Source of the DNA: an uncultured Chlamydiae bacterium
GTDB taxonomy: Bacteria > Chlamydiota > Chlamydiia > Chlamydiales > Parachlamydiaceae
Assembly: GCA_963830365.1 (NCBI GenBank)
Contig: CAWHMU010000018.1
Location: 10,986-74,985 of the forward strand
Length of the DNA: 64,000 nucleotides
Direction of reading: 5' to 3'
Part shown: positions 34,882-45,128 of the stretch, in pieces
How positions within the stretch are numbered: position 1 is the stretch's first letter
Layout of the letters: each line of letters starts with the position of its first letter
The notes under the pieces: model-generated
Databases searched by the model: none
Told to the model about the DNA's origin: nothing
The model's input: the letters and a program-made list of their open reading frames with translations, nothing else
Position numbers and translations under genes: made by a program

Positions 34882-37800
34882 ATGTCTACTTCTAATCTTG
34901 AACATAATGAACATACAAACTTTAGTGATAATATAAATAAAGCTACAGAAAATAGCTCACCAGCCAACTCCCAGTCGTCCAGTACAGTCATTAGAACAAC
35001 AAGCGCGCTAACTATCTTTGCCGATTTGATAGATCATGCGCACAACGATGCCGACAAAATCCAGCATAAAATCAAACTGCTGGCATTGGATGAGTATAAG
35101 CATGCCGATGAAGCTCTTAAGAATTTACATCTAAGCGGCTTTGAAATCGCGCATACAGAACATGATCATTGCAACGACACAGAAAAAAATCCCCAGCTAC
35201 TGGCAGAAATAAAACTTCTCTGCAAAATGACCATGCTTATCCCTGAAAAGGAACGAAATGCCGCCTCCAAAGACTTTTTAATTTTCTTCAAAAATTTGGA
35301 TCACAAGGAAAGCAATTTAACCTCCACCTCCGAACTGGCCTATCAAATATTACTAAAGGCCGCCCCGGAACAAAGAGGCATCATCTTAAGAGTTGCCTCA
35401 GCTTCTATCAAAGATACTGACAACAAGGATCAGCGCCTGCATCTGTTAACGACCTTAGCTTCGGTTTCACCAAACGAACTAACAGCCTTTTGCCAGCTTG
35501 CCAGTCCCAACATGGCCCATATCAAAGACAGCAACACCTGCTGCCGGATCTTTGAAGCCTTGATATCGGTGCCTAAAAGCCTAAGAGAGGAAACTTTCGA
35601 AATTATGGCGCCGCATATCAAGGATCTGGCCGCCGGATCGCGTCCCATTGCCGGGGCTTACCAAAGCCTGGTTTCCTTTGTCATAGAATCAAAAAAAATC
35701 ACCTACTTCACCCGCCCTCGGCAGTACGCTGAACTATGCCGACTGGCCTGGCCGTTGCTGGCTGATATCGCCGCGAATACTGCCACCCCACCCTCATCTC
35801 TCTATAAACCTGTGCTCAATACGCTATATGAAATCGAACCAAAAGAAAGAGAAGACTTCTGTCGCCTGATACAGCCTATTTTAAAAACAATCGACGATCC
35901 TGCCGAATATGCCGCATTCTTTGACTTTATCTATTTAATCCCTCTTGAACAACGCAAAGATGTCATCAAAGATCTGACGGCACATGGCACCGGCATCTAT
36001 CAAGACCTGGCCGAAGGACTTAGATTCATCCCGTTGGAAGACAGGTCAGCCGCCATCCAACCATTGCTATATCTTTTCGAAGATGCCATTTCTGTGGAAA
36101 AAGCACATTGCTTTCAGAGTCTGCGTAATATCTCGCCCGATTGCAGAGGCAAAGTTTTTGAAGTAGCCGCTTCATTGGCGCAATTTGTGAAAGACAACCG
36201 CGATGAGGTATTTAGAGGCGTCATTAATTTCCCCATGCGCCACCTCGATTATCTCCACGGCTATGTTAAAGAGGTGCTGCACAAATTCAACTATGATAAT
36301 GAAGATCAGTTTCTATCCTTCCTTGAACTATTGTCAGAAATTCCTGCCGATAGCATTGAAGATATCAGCAAACTGGCCTTCTCATTTTTCGACCAGACAA
36401 AACGTGTAGACGGAAATATGTATAACTCCCTCCTGCATACCCTGGCTAATATTCAAAAGAATGATGCGGCTGATCTCATCAAGTTCATACAGCCGCTCAT
36501 CAAAGGCATCGATAGCGGCTACGACCGTATCAAAATCCTGCAAGCATTCAAACCCATCCCTCACAAACAGCGAGAAGAGATCTATCAAAGCGCGCAACCT
36601 TTCTTTGCTAACATCACCTATAGCGGAAGCCAACAGGCCGTCCTTTACGCCATCATCAAATCAATTCCACCCGAACATCGGAATGCTTTGTTCCAGATCG
36701 CAGCACCCCTTTTAGAAAATATCAAGCAGGGGGATCAAGCAAATTTAATCTTGGAAGCCTTAAAAGCCTTTCCACATGAACAAAGAATCGATCTTCCGAA
36801 TCTGATGGCGCCATATGCCAAAGAAATCACTACGCATTCTTTCGCCGCCGACCTCCTTAAAACCTTACGACTGTTCCCGCCAGAAGAAAGGAAGATAGCG
36901 CTTGAGCTGTCGTTTTCCCTTATCAATGAGCTCCAAGGTGCTTATGTACTGGTACCTTCCGTCATGAAAACCCTAAATCAAATTCCCGACGATGAAATAA
37001 AAGAGATTGTGGCCGTCATCAAAGACAAATACGCTTTGGAATTTAAGGCCCAATTCAACCACATTATCCCAGCCCTCGCCCTCATACCTGGCCAGCAAAG
37101 GATAAATAGCATCGATGCCATCAAAAGCCTCTTGAAAATGAAGCCCGAAATCTATCTATGCGCCTTGGAAATGCTGAATTTCGTCGCCCCCGCTCAAAGA
37201 CTGCCGACACTCATAGACCTGCTCAAAGATTGCGCCAAACTGGTAAGTCCGGGTGATTCCCGCTATGACATGTGCAGAAAACTTCTCAGCTACTTTTTTG
37301 AAGATGAAAAAATACAGGCAGACTCTTATGCCCACCTGATGGAGATGTTGGACAAATGCCTTATCGACCGCCATGCCGCAGCCAGGCTTGCCAAAAATAT
37401 CTACGATAACCAGGAACCCCTATTACTGCATGACGAGCATCCTCTCTTCCAAAGAGCTCTTGAGGTGCTATCCCTGACAGACAGAAATACCGCCCACCCG
37501 AAAAACCCCTACACCCTTTACCAGCAGCTTAAAGATATTCTACATGCCGAGAAGTTGATCCAAACAGGCCCAGACACAGCCCTTACCATCGAGATCCATG
37601 GAAAACAACACCGGATAGGTGTCGCGCTGAATTTGGAAGGTTTCCGCAAACACGCTGTTAACAAAGGCTTCACCTTCGGCAATTTGCCATCCGGCGTCTC
37701 TGAAAGCAGTTTCGAAAGCCTATTTTCCGCCCTGGAAACGCGTTTGCAAGCTCTTCCAGCCACCGATAAAAAACAGGCCGAAGATGAAATCTATGCCCTT

Positions 37801-38676
37801 TGTGGAGACACCCAGCTGGCACAACTGAAGTCTGAAACCATCGGCTTCGGCAAGGAAATTCCAAAACTGCTAAAAGCCAAAGGTGGTAAACACGACCCTG
37901 TCAGCAACACCATCTTCTACCTTTACACCATCCTGACTGCCATCTACAGCGAAAGTAACCAATGCAAACAAGGCGAACTGCTATCGCCTCAGGAACTGAT
38001 GTTCCTTAAATTCTTAAGCCAGATCAAAGAATGCTCCATCGGTCAAAAAGACGGCATCGCCCTGTATTATAACTATAGCATTCCGGTTAAGTTTCACCAG
38101 GGCAATGCCGCCGTCAGTGCCGTTGAGAAGATCGAAAGCTGCCTCGACCAGGGCATTCAAGCGATACTTAATGAAACATTCACCAGCGAAGAGATGCTTA
38201 AAGAAATCGGCGGCCAAGCTGTCGTTCAACAGGCCCACCATACCCTTTATCTCAAAAACCGCTACAGCTACCAACTGGGTTTGCTTCACAACCTAAGCTT
38301 CGATCCTTATGCCAATGTCATCGCCGATGGGTTTATCGACTGTACTGAAACAATCGATCCCGATAAAGGCCTGGGAAAAGCTGCTCTACAAGCCCTGAAG
38401 ACAATATTACTCCACATCAGTCCTGAATACATAATGAAGCGCACGAAAAAAGGCATTGCCGATGCCTTAAAGGCTGGTATTATTAAATATGACAATCTGG
38501 CTACATACCTTGAACAGTCCGGCATTAAAAAGGACGATGATGACTGGTTGGATTTCATCGAATATTCCCTAGGCATAGACGGAGAACCCGACTATGCCAA
38601 ATTGCTGGGGATTACCGATAGCGCCACCCTCGCCATATTAATAAAAACGGGCTATTTCATCCAAAAAAAGGATTAA
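34882..38676 (+). CDS. Large helical-repeat protein, candidate secreted effector
   Basis: Ser/Asn-rich N-terminus, many ~35-40-aa repeats of the type L..IP.E.R......A.P..., and a distinct C-terminal domain. RBS GGAG precedes ATG 34882. Confidence 0.75.
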   Translation: MSTSNLEHNEHTNFSDNINKATENSSPANSQSSSTVIRTTSALTIFADLIDHAHNDADKIQHKIKLLALDEYKHADEALKNLHLSGFEIAHTEHDHCNDTEKNPQLLAEIKLLCKMTMLIPEKERNAASKDFLIFFKNLDHKESNLTSTSELAYQILLKAAPEQRGIILRVASASIKDTDNKDQRLHLLTTLASVSPNELTAFCQLASPNMAHIKDSNTCCRIFEALISVPKSLREETFEIMAPHIKDLAAGSRPIAGAYQSLVSFVIESKKITYFTRPRQYAELCRLAWPLLADIAANTATPPSSLYKPVLNTLYEIEPKEREDFCRLIQPILKTIDDPAEYAAFFDFIYLIPLEQRKDVIKDLTAHGTGIYQDLAEGLRFIPLEDRSAAIQPLLYLFEDAISVEKAHCFQSLRNISPDCRGKVFEVAASLAQFVKDNRDEVFRGVINFPMRHLDYLHGYVKEVLHKFNYDNEDQFLSFLELLSEIPADSIEDISKLAFSFFDQTKRVDGNMYNSLLHTLANIQKNDAADLIKFIQPLIKGIDSGYDRIKILQAFKPIPHKQREEIYQSAQPFFANITYSGSQQAVLYAIIKSIPPEHRNALFQIAAPLLENIKQGDQANLILEALKAFPHEQRIDLPNLMAPYAKEITTHSFAADLLKTLRLFPPEERKIALELSFSLINELQGAYVLVPSVMKTLNQIPDDEIKEIVAVIKDKYALEFKAQFNHIIPALALIPGQQRINSIDAIKSLLKMKPEIYLCALEMLNFVAPAQRLPTLIDLLKDCAKLVSPGDSRYDMCRKLLSYFFEDEKIQADSYAHLMEMLDKCLIDRHAAARLAKNIYDNQEPLLLHDEHPLFQRALEVLSLTDRNTAHPKNPYTLYQQLKDILHAEKLIQTGPDTALTIEIHGKQHRIGVALNLEGFRKHAVNKGFTFGNLPSGVSESSFESLFSALETRLQALPATDKKQAEDEIYALCGDTQLAQLKSETIGFGKEIPKLLKAKGGKHDPVSNTIFYLYTILTAIYSESNQCKQGELLSPQELMFLKFLSQIKECSIGQKDGIALYYNYSIPVKFHQGNAAVSAVEKIESCLDQGIQAILNETFTSEEMLKEIGGQAVVQQAHHTLYLKNRYSYQLGLLHNLSFDPYANVIADGFIDCTETIDPDKGLGKAALQALKTILLHISPEYIMKRTKKGIADALKAGIIKYDNLATYLEQSGIKKDDDDWLDFIEYSLGIDGEPDYAKLLGITDSATLAILIKTGYFIQKKD

Positions 38677-38720
38677 TGGCTAATTTCATAAATTCGCTAT
38701 GTGGTTTATGCAATTTGACA

Positions 38721-38757
38721 CTAGTGCTCCATCAACCTTTGCTTGATGGAGCACTAG
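38721..38757. terminator. Perfect 15-bp stem hairpin downstream of the large gene
   Basis: CTAGTGCTCCATCAA-CCTTTGC-TTGATGGAGCACTAG. No clear U-tract. Confidence 0.45.
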
Positions 38758-38876
38758 GGCGTTCTGATTATACTTCAAACCTCAAAGCTGTAATTTACAT
38801 AAAGTGAGCTACTCATTTGCGTGCTGAGCCACCATTCGGTGGTGTCAACGTAACAAAAATGAAAAATAACAGGCTT

Positions 38877-39199
38877 GGTTCTTCTGACAAATGAGGACCT
38901 TTAGCAGGTAAAAGTATTAAGTCTTCAGATTTTTATGAACCTTCATTATCATAACTTTGTGAACTGCTTGAGATCTTGAGCAAACCTTCTACAATCCCCG
39001 TTTGAGAAAATTGCAAAGGTACTTATGTAGCTCAAATTAAGATGTTGGATAGTGCCTTATACCGCGGTAGCGGTCAGCAGATTTCAGCCTACTTGCAAAC
39101 CTTCGTCGAAAAGACAAGTATACGACTTCTTGAATATGGAATATTTTAAAACAGCTTTATCATCTCTACGAGTCGAGCTCCTCATTTGTCGGAGGAACC
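38877..39199. mobile_element. Non-autonomous IS remnant/MITE with family B-related ends
   Basis: GGTTCTTCTGACAAATGAGG...CCTCATTTGTCGGAGGAACC flanked by the direct repeat CAGGCTT. Confidence 0.65.
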
Positions 39200-39411
39200 C
39201 AGGCTTTTAGGAGGGTCAGCATAAAAAAATCGGCAATACAGCATTCGTACCGCCTAGTGAGAAATTCCGCTCATCCTGACCATCCTAAAATCCTGCTGAC
39301 TTTCCGCCACTGTCTACCGAATGTTTTAACCTAGAAACGGCGGTTGTTCCTGGAAAATCTGTCGTTTCTAGGTTTAATATAAACGCCCTGCAAAACGCCC
39401 GAAGACTATTA

Positions 39412-39987
39412 TCAAACTTTTTTTTCTTTAGCTTCACTTACAGCTGTCATAGCTATGGCTGCTGGCACGGGACCGCTTATGGCATTAAATACCTTATCGG
39501 AAACATGGACGACGAATTTTTCTGTGCCTGTCGGATTGAAAAACGTTGCGCCGCCAACGGCTGCGATGAGACAGGTCGTGCATGAGCAGCCACAGCAACA
39601 ACCTGTCGTTGCTGCACAGGTGGCAGTGACAAGGATGACAGCGCCTGTTGATCTTTGCAATATCGCCTTCACTTCTGCACCCACATGGGAAACGACATCA
39701 TTAACGGCTTCCTTTGACTTATCAATTAATGGCCCCCCGGCAGCATTGCTTAAAGCGCCGATTGAAGTTGTGGCGGCATTTGTCACAACTGTTGATGCAT
39801 TGCCAAACAAAGCTCTAGCTGAGCCAGCTGCAAAAGAGGCGCTGGCAAAAAAATTCAAAGCCACATCTAATACCATTCTAGGGTAGGATGGGGTTTCTGA
39901 TGCGGCACTGCTAGCAGCCGCCGAAGATGACATATGGCTTAAGGGAGATCCCAAACGAGAGGGCGAATCAAGTGATGTTGATGACAC
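39412..39987 (-). CDS. Inclusion-membrane (Inc)-like protein candidate
   Basis: Ser-rich N-terminus, RBS AAGGAG plus GTG start, and a ~35-aa uncharged segment GAVILVTATCAATTGCCCGCSCTTCLIAAVGGATFF. Confidence 0.55.
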   Translation of the reverse strand: MSSTSLDSPSRLGSPLSHMSSSAAASSAASETPSYPRMVLDVALNFFASASFAAGSARALFGNASTVVTNAATTSIGALSNAAGGPLIDKSKEAVNDVVSHVGAEVKAILQRSTGAVILVTATCAATTGCCCGCSCTTCLIAAVGGATFFNPTGTEKFVVHVSDKVFNAISGPVPAAIAMTAVSEAKEKKV

Positions 39988-40260
39988 AGCAGACTCCTTT
40001 TCGGTTCCAACGTCAAATTGTTTTTCACAGGTTAACTAACGTAATATTTATTAATTAAATTAAAGGAAAGAAAAAAGGTGACAACCTTCGTCTAGAAGTT
40101 TATAGCGCAGAACTCTTGCCACATTCGCTAGTGCAAGGCCGGACAGCTGTCGACTTCGATGTAAAGACACATTCCCTTTAATCAGAAAATATGGCAGTGT
40201 CTTTATTATACCATCCACATACAGACGGCTAGACCAGGATCTAATGGCTTTGGATCATAA

Positions 40261-41853
40261 ATGATGACTGAAACAACAGAGCGTCTTCAATCCTCCCCCG
40301 CAGCTGCGCAATGGCAGAAAATAGGCATCCGCCAGCACCATGGCATCGTCGTGCCTTTATTTTCACTGCATAGCCAAACAAGCTGCGGCATCGGAGAATT
40401 TCCCGACCTGATCGCCCTTTTCCCTTGGTGCCGCAGCATCGGCCTGGACGTCATCCAGCTGCTGCCACTCAATGATCCAGGATTAGATACCAGCCCCTAC
40501 TGCGCCCTGTCAGCCTACGCCTTAAATCCTATCCACCTCGGTTTAAGCCAATTGCCGCATGTGGCAGAACACCTGTTCCTGCAACAACAAATCGGAAAGC
40601 TGCAACAACTCAATAGTTGTCAACGCGTAAACTATGCCGCAGTCCAAGCCGGCAAGGAGTCTTTCTTACGCGATTACTATAGCCAGTATGGCGCCTCTGC
40701 CATCTTAAAGACCGACTATCAGCAATTTAAAAAGCAAAACAAATCCTGGCTTAACGATTACACCCTTTTCAAAACCCTGAAAATCAAACTGGCATGGCAA
40801 AACTGGGAAACCTGGCCTGAGCCCTATATAAACCCCTCCCCAGATTTTCTGCAGCACTTGCCCAGCGACATTGCCGCCGAAATGGACTTTCATTGTTTCG
40901 TCCAATACTGCTGCTTCAAACAGTTCAGCCAAGTCAAACAACAGGCCACCATCGCCGGCATCTTCATTAAAGGCGATATTCCCATCCTCATCAATCGCGA
41001 AAGTGCCGACGTATGGCACCGGCGCGACCTGTTCATGTTGGAATTTGCCGCCGGCGCCCCCCCCGATATGTATGCCCAAGAGGGTCAAAAGTGGGGCTTT
41101 CCGCTTTACCAATGGGAGGCCCTGGCCGCCCAAGGATATCGCTGGTGGATCGAGCGCCTGAAAGTTGCCTCAGCAGGATACCACCTTTATCGCATCGATC
41201 ATATCGTCGGCTTCTTCCGCATCTGGGCAATCCCTATCGATAAGAGCGCCATAGAAGGCCACTTCATCCCCAGCGATGAAAACACCTGGATTCCACATGG
41301 AAAAAACATCATGGAGATGATGCTGGCCAATAATGAGATGCTGCCCATCGGCGAAGACCTGGGAACGGTGCCTCCCGAAGTGCGGGTATGCTTGCGCGCC
41401 TTAGGCATTTGCGGCACCAAGGTCATGCGCTGGGAAAGGCGCTGGCATTCCGATCAAAGCTTTATCGATCCCAAAGCGTATATCCCTGAAAGCATGACAA
41501 CCGTTTCCACACACGATTCAGAAACGCTTGCGCTGTGGTGGCAGAACCGCCCTGACGAATCTCAGGCCTATGCGGCGGCCACCGGCATGCATTATACCCC
41601 CCAACTGACATACGAACAGCGCATTGCCATCCTCTATGCCAGCCACCACTCCGGCAGCCTGTTTCATATCAACCTGTTGCAAGAATATCTGGCGCTGATT
41701 CCCAACCTGACATGGCCCGATCCCGAAGATGAACGTATCAATATCCCAGGGCTCATCTCAGAACGCAATTGGAGCTATCGTTTCCGCCCTTCAGTTGAAG
41801 AAATTGTAGGAAATCCTACCTTGGAACAAGCCATGAAAGCCATCGTGCATTAA
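40261..41853 (+). CDS. malQ: 4-alpha-glucanotransferase (amylomaltase, GH77)
   Basis: GIGEF, QLLPLND, SPY, KGDIPI, GAPPD, GQKWGFPLY, RIDHIVGFFR, GEDLG, THDS and ERINIPG motifs. Confidence 0.95.
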   Translation: MMTETTERLQSSPAAAQWQKIGIRQHHGIVVPLFSLHSQTSCGIGEFPDLIALFPWCRSIGLDVIQLLPLNDPGLDTSPYCALSAYALNPIHLGLSQLPHVAEHLFLQQQIGKLQQLNSCQRVNYAAVQAGKESFLRDYYSQYGASAILKTDYQQFKKQNKSWLNDYTLFKTLKIKLAWQNWETWPEPYINPSPDFLQHLPSDIAAEMDFHCFVQYCCFKQFSQVKQQATIAGIFIKGDIPILINRESADVWHRRDLFMLEFAAGAPPDMYAQEGQKWGFPLYQWEALAAQGYRWWIERLKVASAGYHLYRIDHIVGFFRIWAIPIDKSAIEGHFIPSDENTWIPHGKNIMEMMLANNEMLPIGEDLGTVPPEVRVCLRALGICGTKVMRWERRWHSDQSFIDPKAYIPESMTTVSTHDSETLALWWQNRPDESQAYAAATGMHYTPQLTYEQRIAILYASHHSGSLFHINLLQEYLALIPNLTWPDPEDERINIPGLISERNWSYRFRPSVEEIVGNPTLEQAMKAIVH

Positions 41854-41872
41854 CAGAACATCTACTTTAATC

Positions 41873-43444
41873 ATGAACACCCACCTCTTCCAACGCCTTA
41901 TCTTCCTATGCCTTACCTGGCTGGCAAGCGTCACTTCCGCCCCGGTCATCGCCACCCAAGAACCTTCCTCTGCCAAACTAAAAGCCCTATACAACAGTCT
42001 GGACCCAACCTCCATCTCCCAACATCTGGCCTTCTACGAACTGTATACCAATGCACCTGAAGGCCAGCAAGCCCTACGCGACGCCTACCGCCTCTTAACC
42101 GGCGATGCCTCCTTTACCACCGATGCCATCAGCCTGCCGACCTCCCTTGCCTCATCGATCCATGCCATCGTCGGCCTGATCAACAAAAACCCCAGCGACA
42201 GCCTGATCGAGCTCAACCCCCAAGAACTCATCCTCATCGACAAACTTGCCAACCGTCTGCCAAACCGTCAACTCAAAGGTCATCACACCCTAAGCGAACA
42301 GGATGTTTTGAAACTTCAGCCCGACCAAATCGATCTAGCGCGCGGACTGCTGCTCTCACAACTAGGCGACGGTGCCGACGTGCTGCTTAAAATCAGAAGC
42401 TATGAGGCCGCCATCGATCTAATGGCCCTGCAGATCCTCACCTGCGTCTCCCTGCGCGATCCGCCGGCTGCCAAAATCCGCGCCATGAACCGCTTCATCT
42501 TCGAAGAATTAGGCTTCCGCTTCCCCCCCCACTCCACCTATGCCAAAGACATCGACCTCTACACCTTCCTGCCTTCTGTGCTCGATTCCCGCCGCGGCGT
42601 CTGCCTCGGCGTTTCGATATTATATATCTGCCTGGCACAGCGCCTCAATCTGGACCTGGAAATCGTCATCCCGCCAGGACATATCTTCGTGCGCTGGTGT
42701 CAGGGAGAACAGCTGATCAATATCGAGACCACGGCCCGCGGCATCCACGTCCCCAATGAAGAGTATTTGGGGGTCGACCTGCGCTTTCTTCCCCGCTGTG
42801 ATATCAAAGAGACTATCGGCATGGCCCATTTCAACCAGGCTTCGGTACATTGGGAACGGCAGGAACATGACAAAGCCATGGCCGCATACCTCAAAGCACT
42901 GCCCTATATGCCCAATAGCAAGCTGATGACCGGGCTCATGGGCTATATCGCCATCCTGCAAGATAATGCCGAAGAAGGAAAGAAATTGCTCGCACAGGTG
43001 GTCGACCACCTTCCCGAACATGCCATCTCCAAAGATACCATCGCAGAGGACTATCTCAATGGAGTGACTGACAAAGCTGGTATCAAAGCCGTCTTCATGC
43101 ATGTCGATGAAACACGCACCTCGCTGCTCGAAAAGCGTAAGGCTCTTGAAGCTATTATCCAAAAGCAGCCCCGCTTTCGCGAAGGCCTCTTCAGCCTGGC
43201 CGGCACCTGGCTGCAGCTGCATCGCAGCGCCGAAGCCCTGCAAACCCTGCAGCGCTACCATGATATCGATGCACATAACGTCAATGTCGAATATTATCTG
43301 GCGGCACTGTATGCCGAACGCATGGATTTCAATAACGCCTGGCAACACCTGCGTCAGGCTGAAAAATTGGTCCAAGCCCGCCAGCACGACCCTGAAGCAC
43401 TGATTACACTACGGCAGGAACTCGCCAAGCTCTGCCCTGAATAA
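41873..43444 (+). CDS. Transglutaminase-like (SirB1-type) plus TPR protein
   Basis: FLPSVLDSRRGVCLGVSILY...PPGHIFVR...NIETT, TPR-like C-terminus and a signal peptide. Confidence 0.75.
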   Translation: MNTHLFQRLIFLCLTWLASVTSAPVIATQEPSSAKLKALYNSLDPTSISQHLAFYELYTNAPEGQQALRDAYRLLTGDASFTTDAISLPTSLASSIHAIVGLINKNPSDSLIELNPQELILIDKLANRLPNRQLKGHHTLSEQDVLKLQPDQIDLARGLLLSQLGDGADVLLKIRSYEAAIDLMALQILTCVSLRDPPAAKIRAMNRFIFEELGFRFPPHSTYAKDIDLYTFLPSVLDSRRGVCLGVSILYICLAQRLNLDLEIVIPPGHIFVRWCQGEQLINIETTARGIHVPNEEYLGVDLRFLPRCDIKETIGMAHFNQASVHWERQEHDKAMAAYLKALPYMPNSKLMTGLMGYIAILQDNAEEGKKLLAQVVDHLPEHAISKDTIAEDYLNGVTDKAGIKAVFMHVDETRTSLLEKRKALEAIIQKQPRFREGLFSLAGTWLQLHRSAEALQTLQRYHDIDAHNVNVEYYLAALYAERMDFNNAWQHLRQAEKLVQARQHDPEALITLRQELAKLCPE

Positions 43445-43470
43445 ACCTAACAAATGAAGGATCACTTAAC

Positions 43471-44055
43471 ATGAAAATATACACCAAAACCGGCGATAAA
43501 GGCGAAACCTCATTGTTCACCGGACAACGCGTGCCTAAAAATGACCCTTTTATCGAAGCCTTGGGATCTGTCGACGAATGCAATTCGGCTTTAGGCATGG
43601 CCGTCGCCTTTCTACCCCCTTCCAAAGAGATGCTGCCCGTGCGCGAACAACTTGAAACCATCCAGCATGCCCTGTTTGATGTCGGCGCCGCCTTGGCTAC
43701 CCCGCGCACGCGCGCCGCAGACGCCAAGCTCGACAAGACACGCTTCGATCAGCAGGAAATCAAGCTGCTTGAAACATGGATCGATGCCATGGATGCGGTG
43801 CTGCCCCCTTTGCGCGCCTTCATCCTGCCCGGCGGCCACCCCTGCGGTTCCTTCCTGCATCTGGCCAGAAGCATCTGCCGGCGCGCCGAACGCCGCGTGC
43901 TACCCCTGCACCGGACTGCCGACGTCGATGACGATGTGGTGATCTATCTAAACCGCCTGTCAGACTACCTCTTCTGTATCTCGCGCTATGTCAATTTCCT
44001 GAGCAACTCCCCCGAAACACAGTGGATGCAGCATAAACTCAGCCCAAAGACATGA
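43471..44055 (+). CDS. pduO: Cob(I)alamin adenosyltransferase, PduO type
   Basis: KIYTKTGDKGET, GSVDECNS, FILPGG, CRRAER and LNRLSDYLF motifs. Confidence 0.92.
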   Translation: MKIYTKTGDKGETSLFTGQRVPKNDPFIEALGSVDECNSALGMAVAFLPPSKEMLPVREQLETIQHALFDVGAALATPRTRAADAKLDKTRFDQQEIKLLETWIDAMDAVLPPLRAFILPGGHPCGSFLHLARSICRRAERRVLPLHRTADVDDDVVIYLNRLSDYLFCISRYVNFLSNSPETQWMQHKLSPKT

Positions 44056-44064
44056 AGGCAATTA

Positions 44065-44262
44065 TAGGCAAATCCACTCTCTTTGTAGCCCGTCAGCTAA
44101 GGCTTGCGAGCGAAAGCGAAGACCGCCGCAGCTACGGGTTTTGAAAAAATTGATTACCCCGTAGGGGTTAAGCTCTTAACTTACAGTTCCCGTAGCTGCG
44201 GCGGTCTTCGCTTTCGCTCGCAAACCTTAACTGACGGGCTACAAAGAGATGGGCTTCGCCTA
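44065..44262. repeat. Family D REP-like inverted pair
   Basis: CTCTTTGTAGCCCGTCAGCTAAGGCTTGCGAGCGAAAGCGAAGACCGCCGCAGCTACGGG and its reverse complement. A family A left-end fragment follows at about 44273. Confidence 0.85.
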
Positions 44263-44446
44263 GTAAAATTCCTGGCCTCGTTCACTTTTCCAGTCAAAAA
44301 GTTGATTGATAACGTCAGCGGAAACCCCTCTCTGTGAGATCGGCGGCCTGGCCCAATGGGGCATCGCCGTCAGCAAGGTTCGCGTCGCCTTCCATCCAGA
44401 CGATATCCTCTATATCCCCACCGGTAAAACGCGCACAACATCATCT

Positions 44447-44752
44447 CTAACCGGCCATTGCTTTAAAACGATTCATACACAGGTGAATCCCAATGGCTAC
44501 AAAGCCAGTCCCCTCCAAAAGTGTGTTGATGGCTTTTTTCTTCCAGCGAGGATAATATAACATTTCCATACCTACAGATAGATGTGCAAATCCAAAAAAC
44601 ATGGTAAACGATCCAATCACGTATGGAATTGTCTCCATAAACAGCTTCGATATCGACTCCTCGATAGGACTGCAATTGGCTTGTGCTGGCCATAGCTGCA
44701 GCCGGTGATAATCGCAATCCGGTGGCGATTGAGTGCTTGACACTACAGGCAT
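44447..44752 (-). CDS. Small two-TM hypothetical protein
   Basis: Two hydrophobic segments. Resembles its neighbour (KKAINTLLEGTG vs NKAIAQLALGGG). Confidence 0.5.
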   Translation of the reverse strand: MPVVSSTQSPPDCDYHRLQLWPAQANCSPIEESISKLFMETIPYVIGSFTMFFGFAHLSVGMEMLYYPRWKKKAINTLLEGTGFVAIGIHLCMNRFKAMAG

Positions 44753-44766
44753 ATGCTTTCCTTGGG

Positions 44767-45093
44767 CTAGCAGCTAAAATCTTTGACGATATTCATCCGA
44801 TACAGTTCCCTCTCGCTGGCCGAGGATCCCGCATTGCCACCAACAATGGCGGCAAGCGCAGCTATTATCGTGCCTCCCCCTAATGCCAGCTGGGCAATCG
44901 CCTTATTAGTGCGTTTTGGGTTGCCCAGGTTAACCAGACCTTGGTAAAAAGTGAAAAAACCTATCGCCAGACTCGAACACACCACGACTGCACCCATATT
45001 TGAAAGGGAGGCTGCTGCTTGGGTGTCTTCTAGACACTTGGACAAAAAAGGGTTTTGCCGGGAAGGGTCATCACAGCTTTCTGATATAACCAT
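44767..45093 (-). CDS. Small two-TM hypothetical protein
   Basis: RBS AAGGAG and two hydrophobic segments. Confidence 0.55.
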   Translation of the reverse strand: MVISESCDDPSRQNPFLSKCLEDTQAAASLSNMGAVVVCSSLAIGFFTFYQGLVNLGNPKRTNKAIAQLALGGGTIIAALAAIVGGNAGSSASERELYRMNIVKDFSC

Positions 45094-45128
45094 ACTTACT
45101 CCTTAGATAAATAATTCAACTAGCCTCT

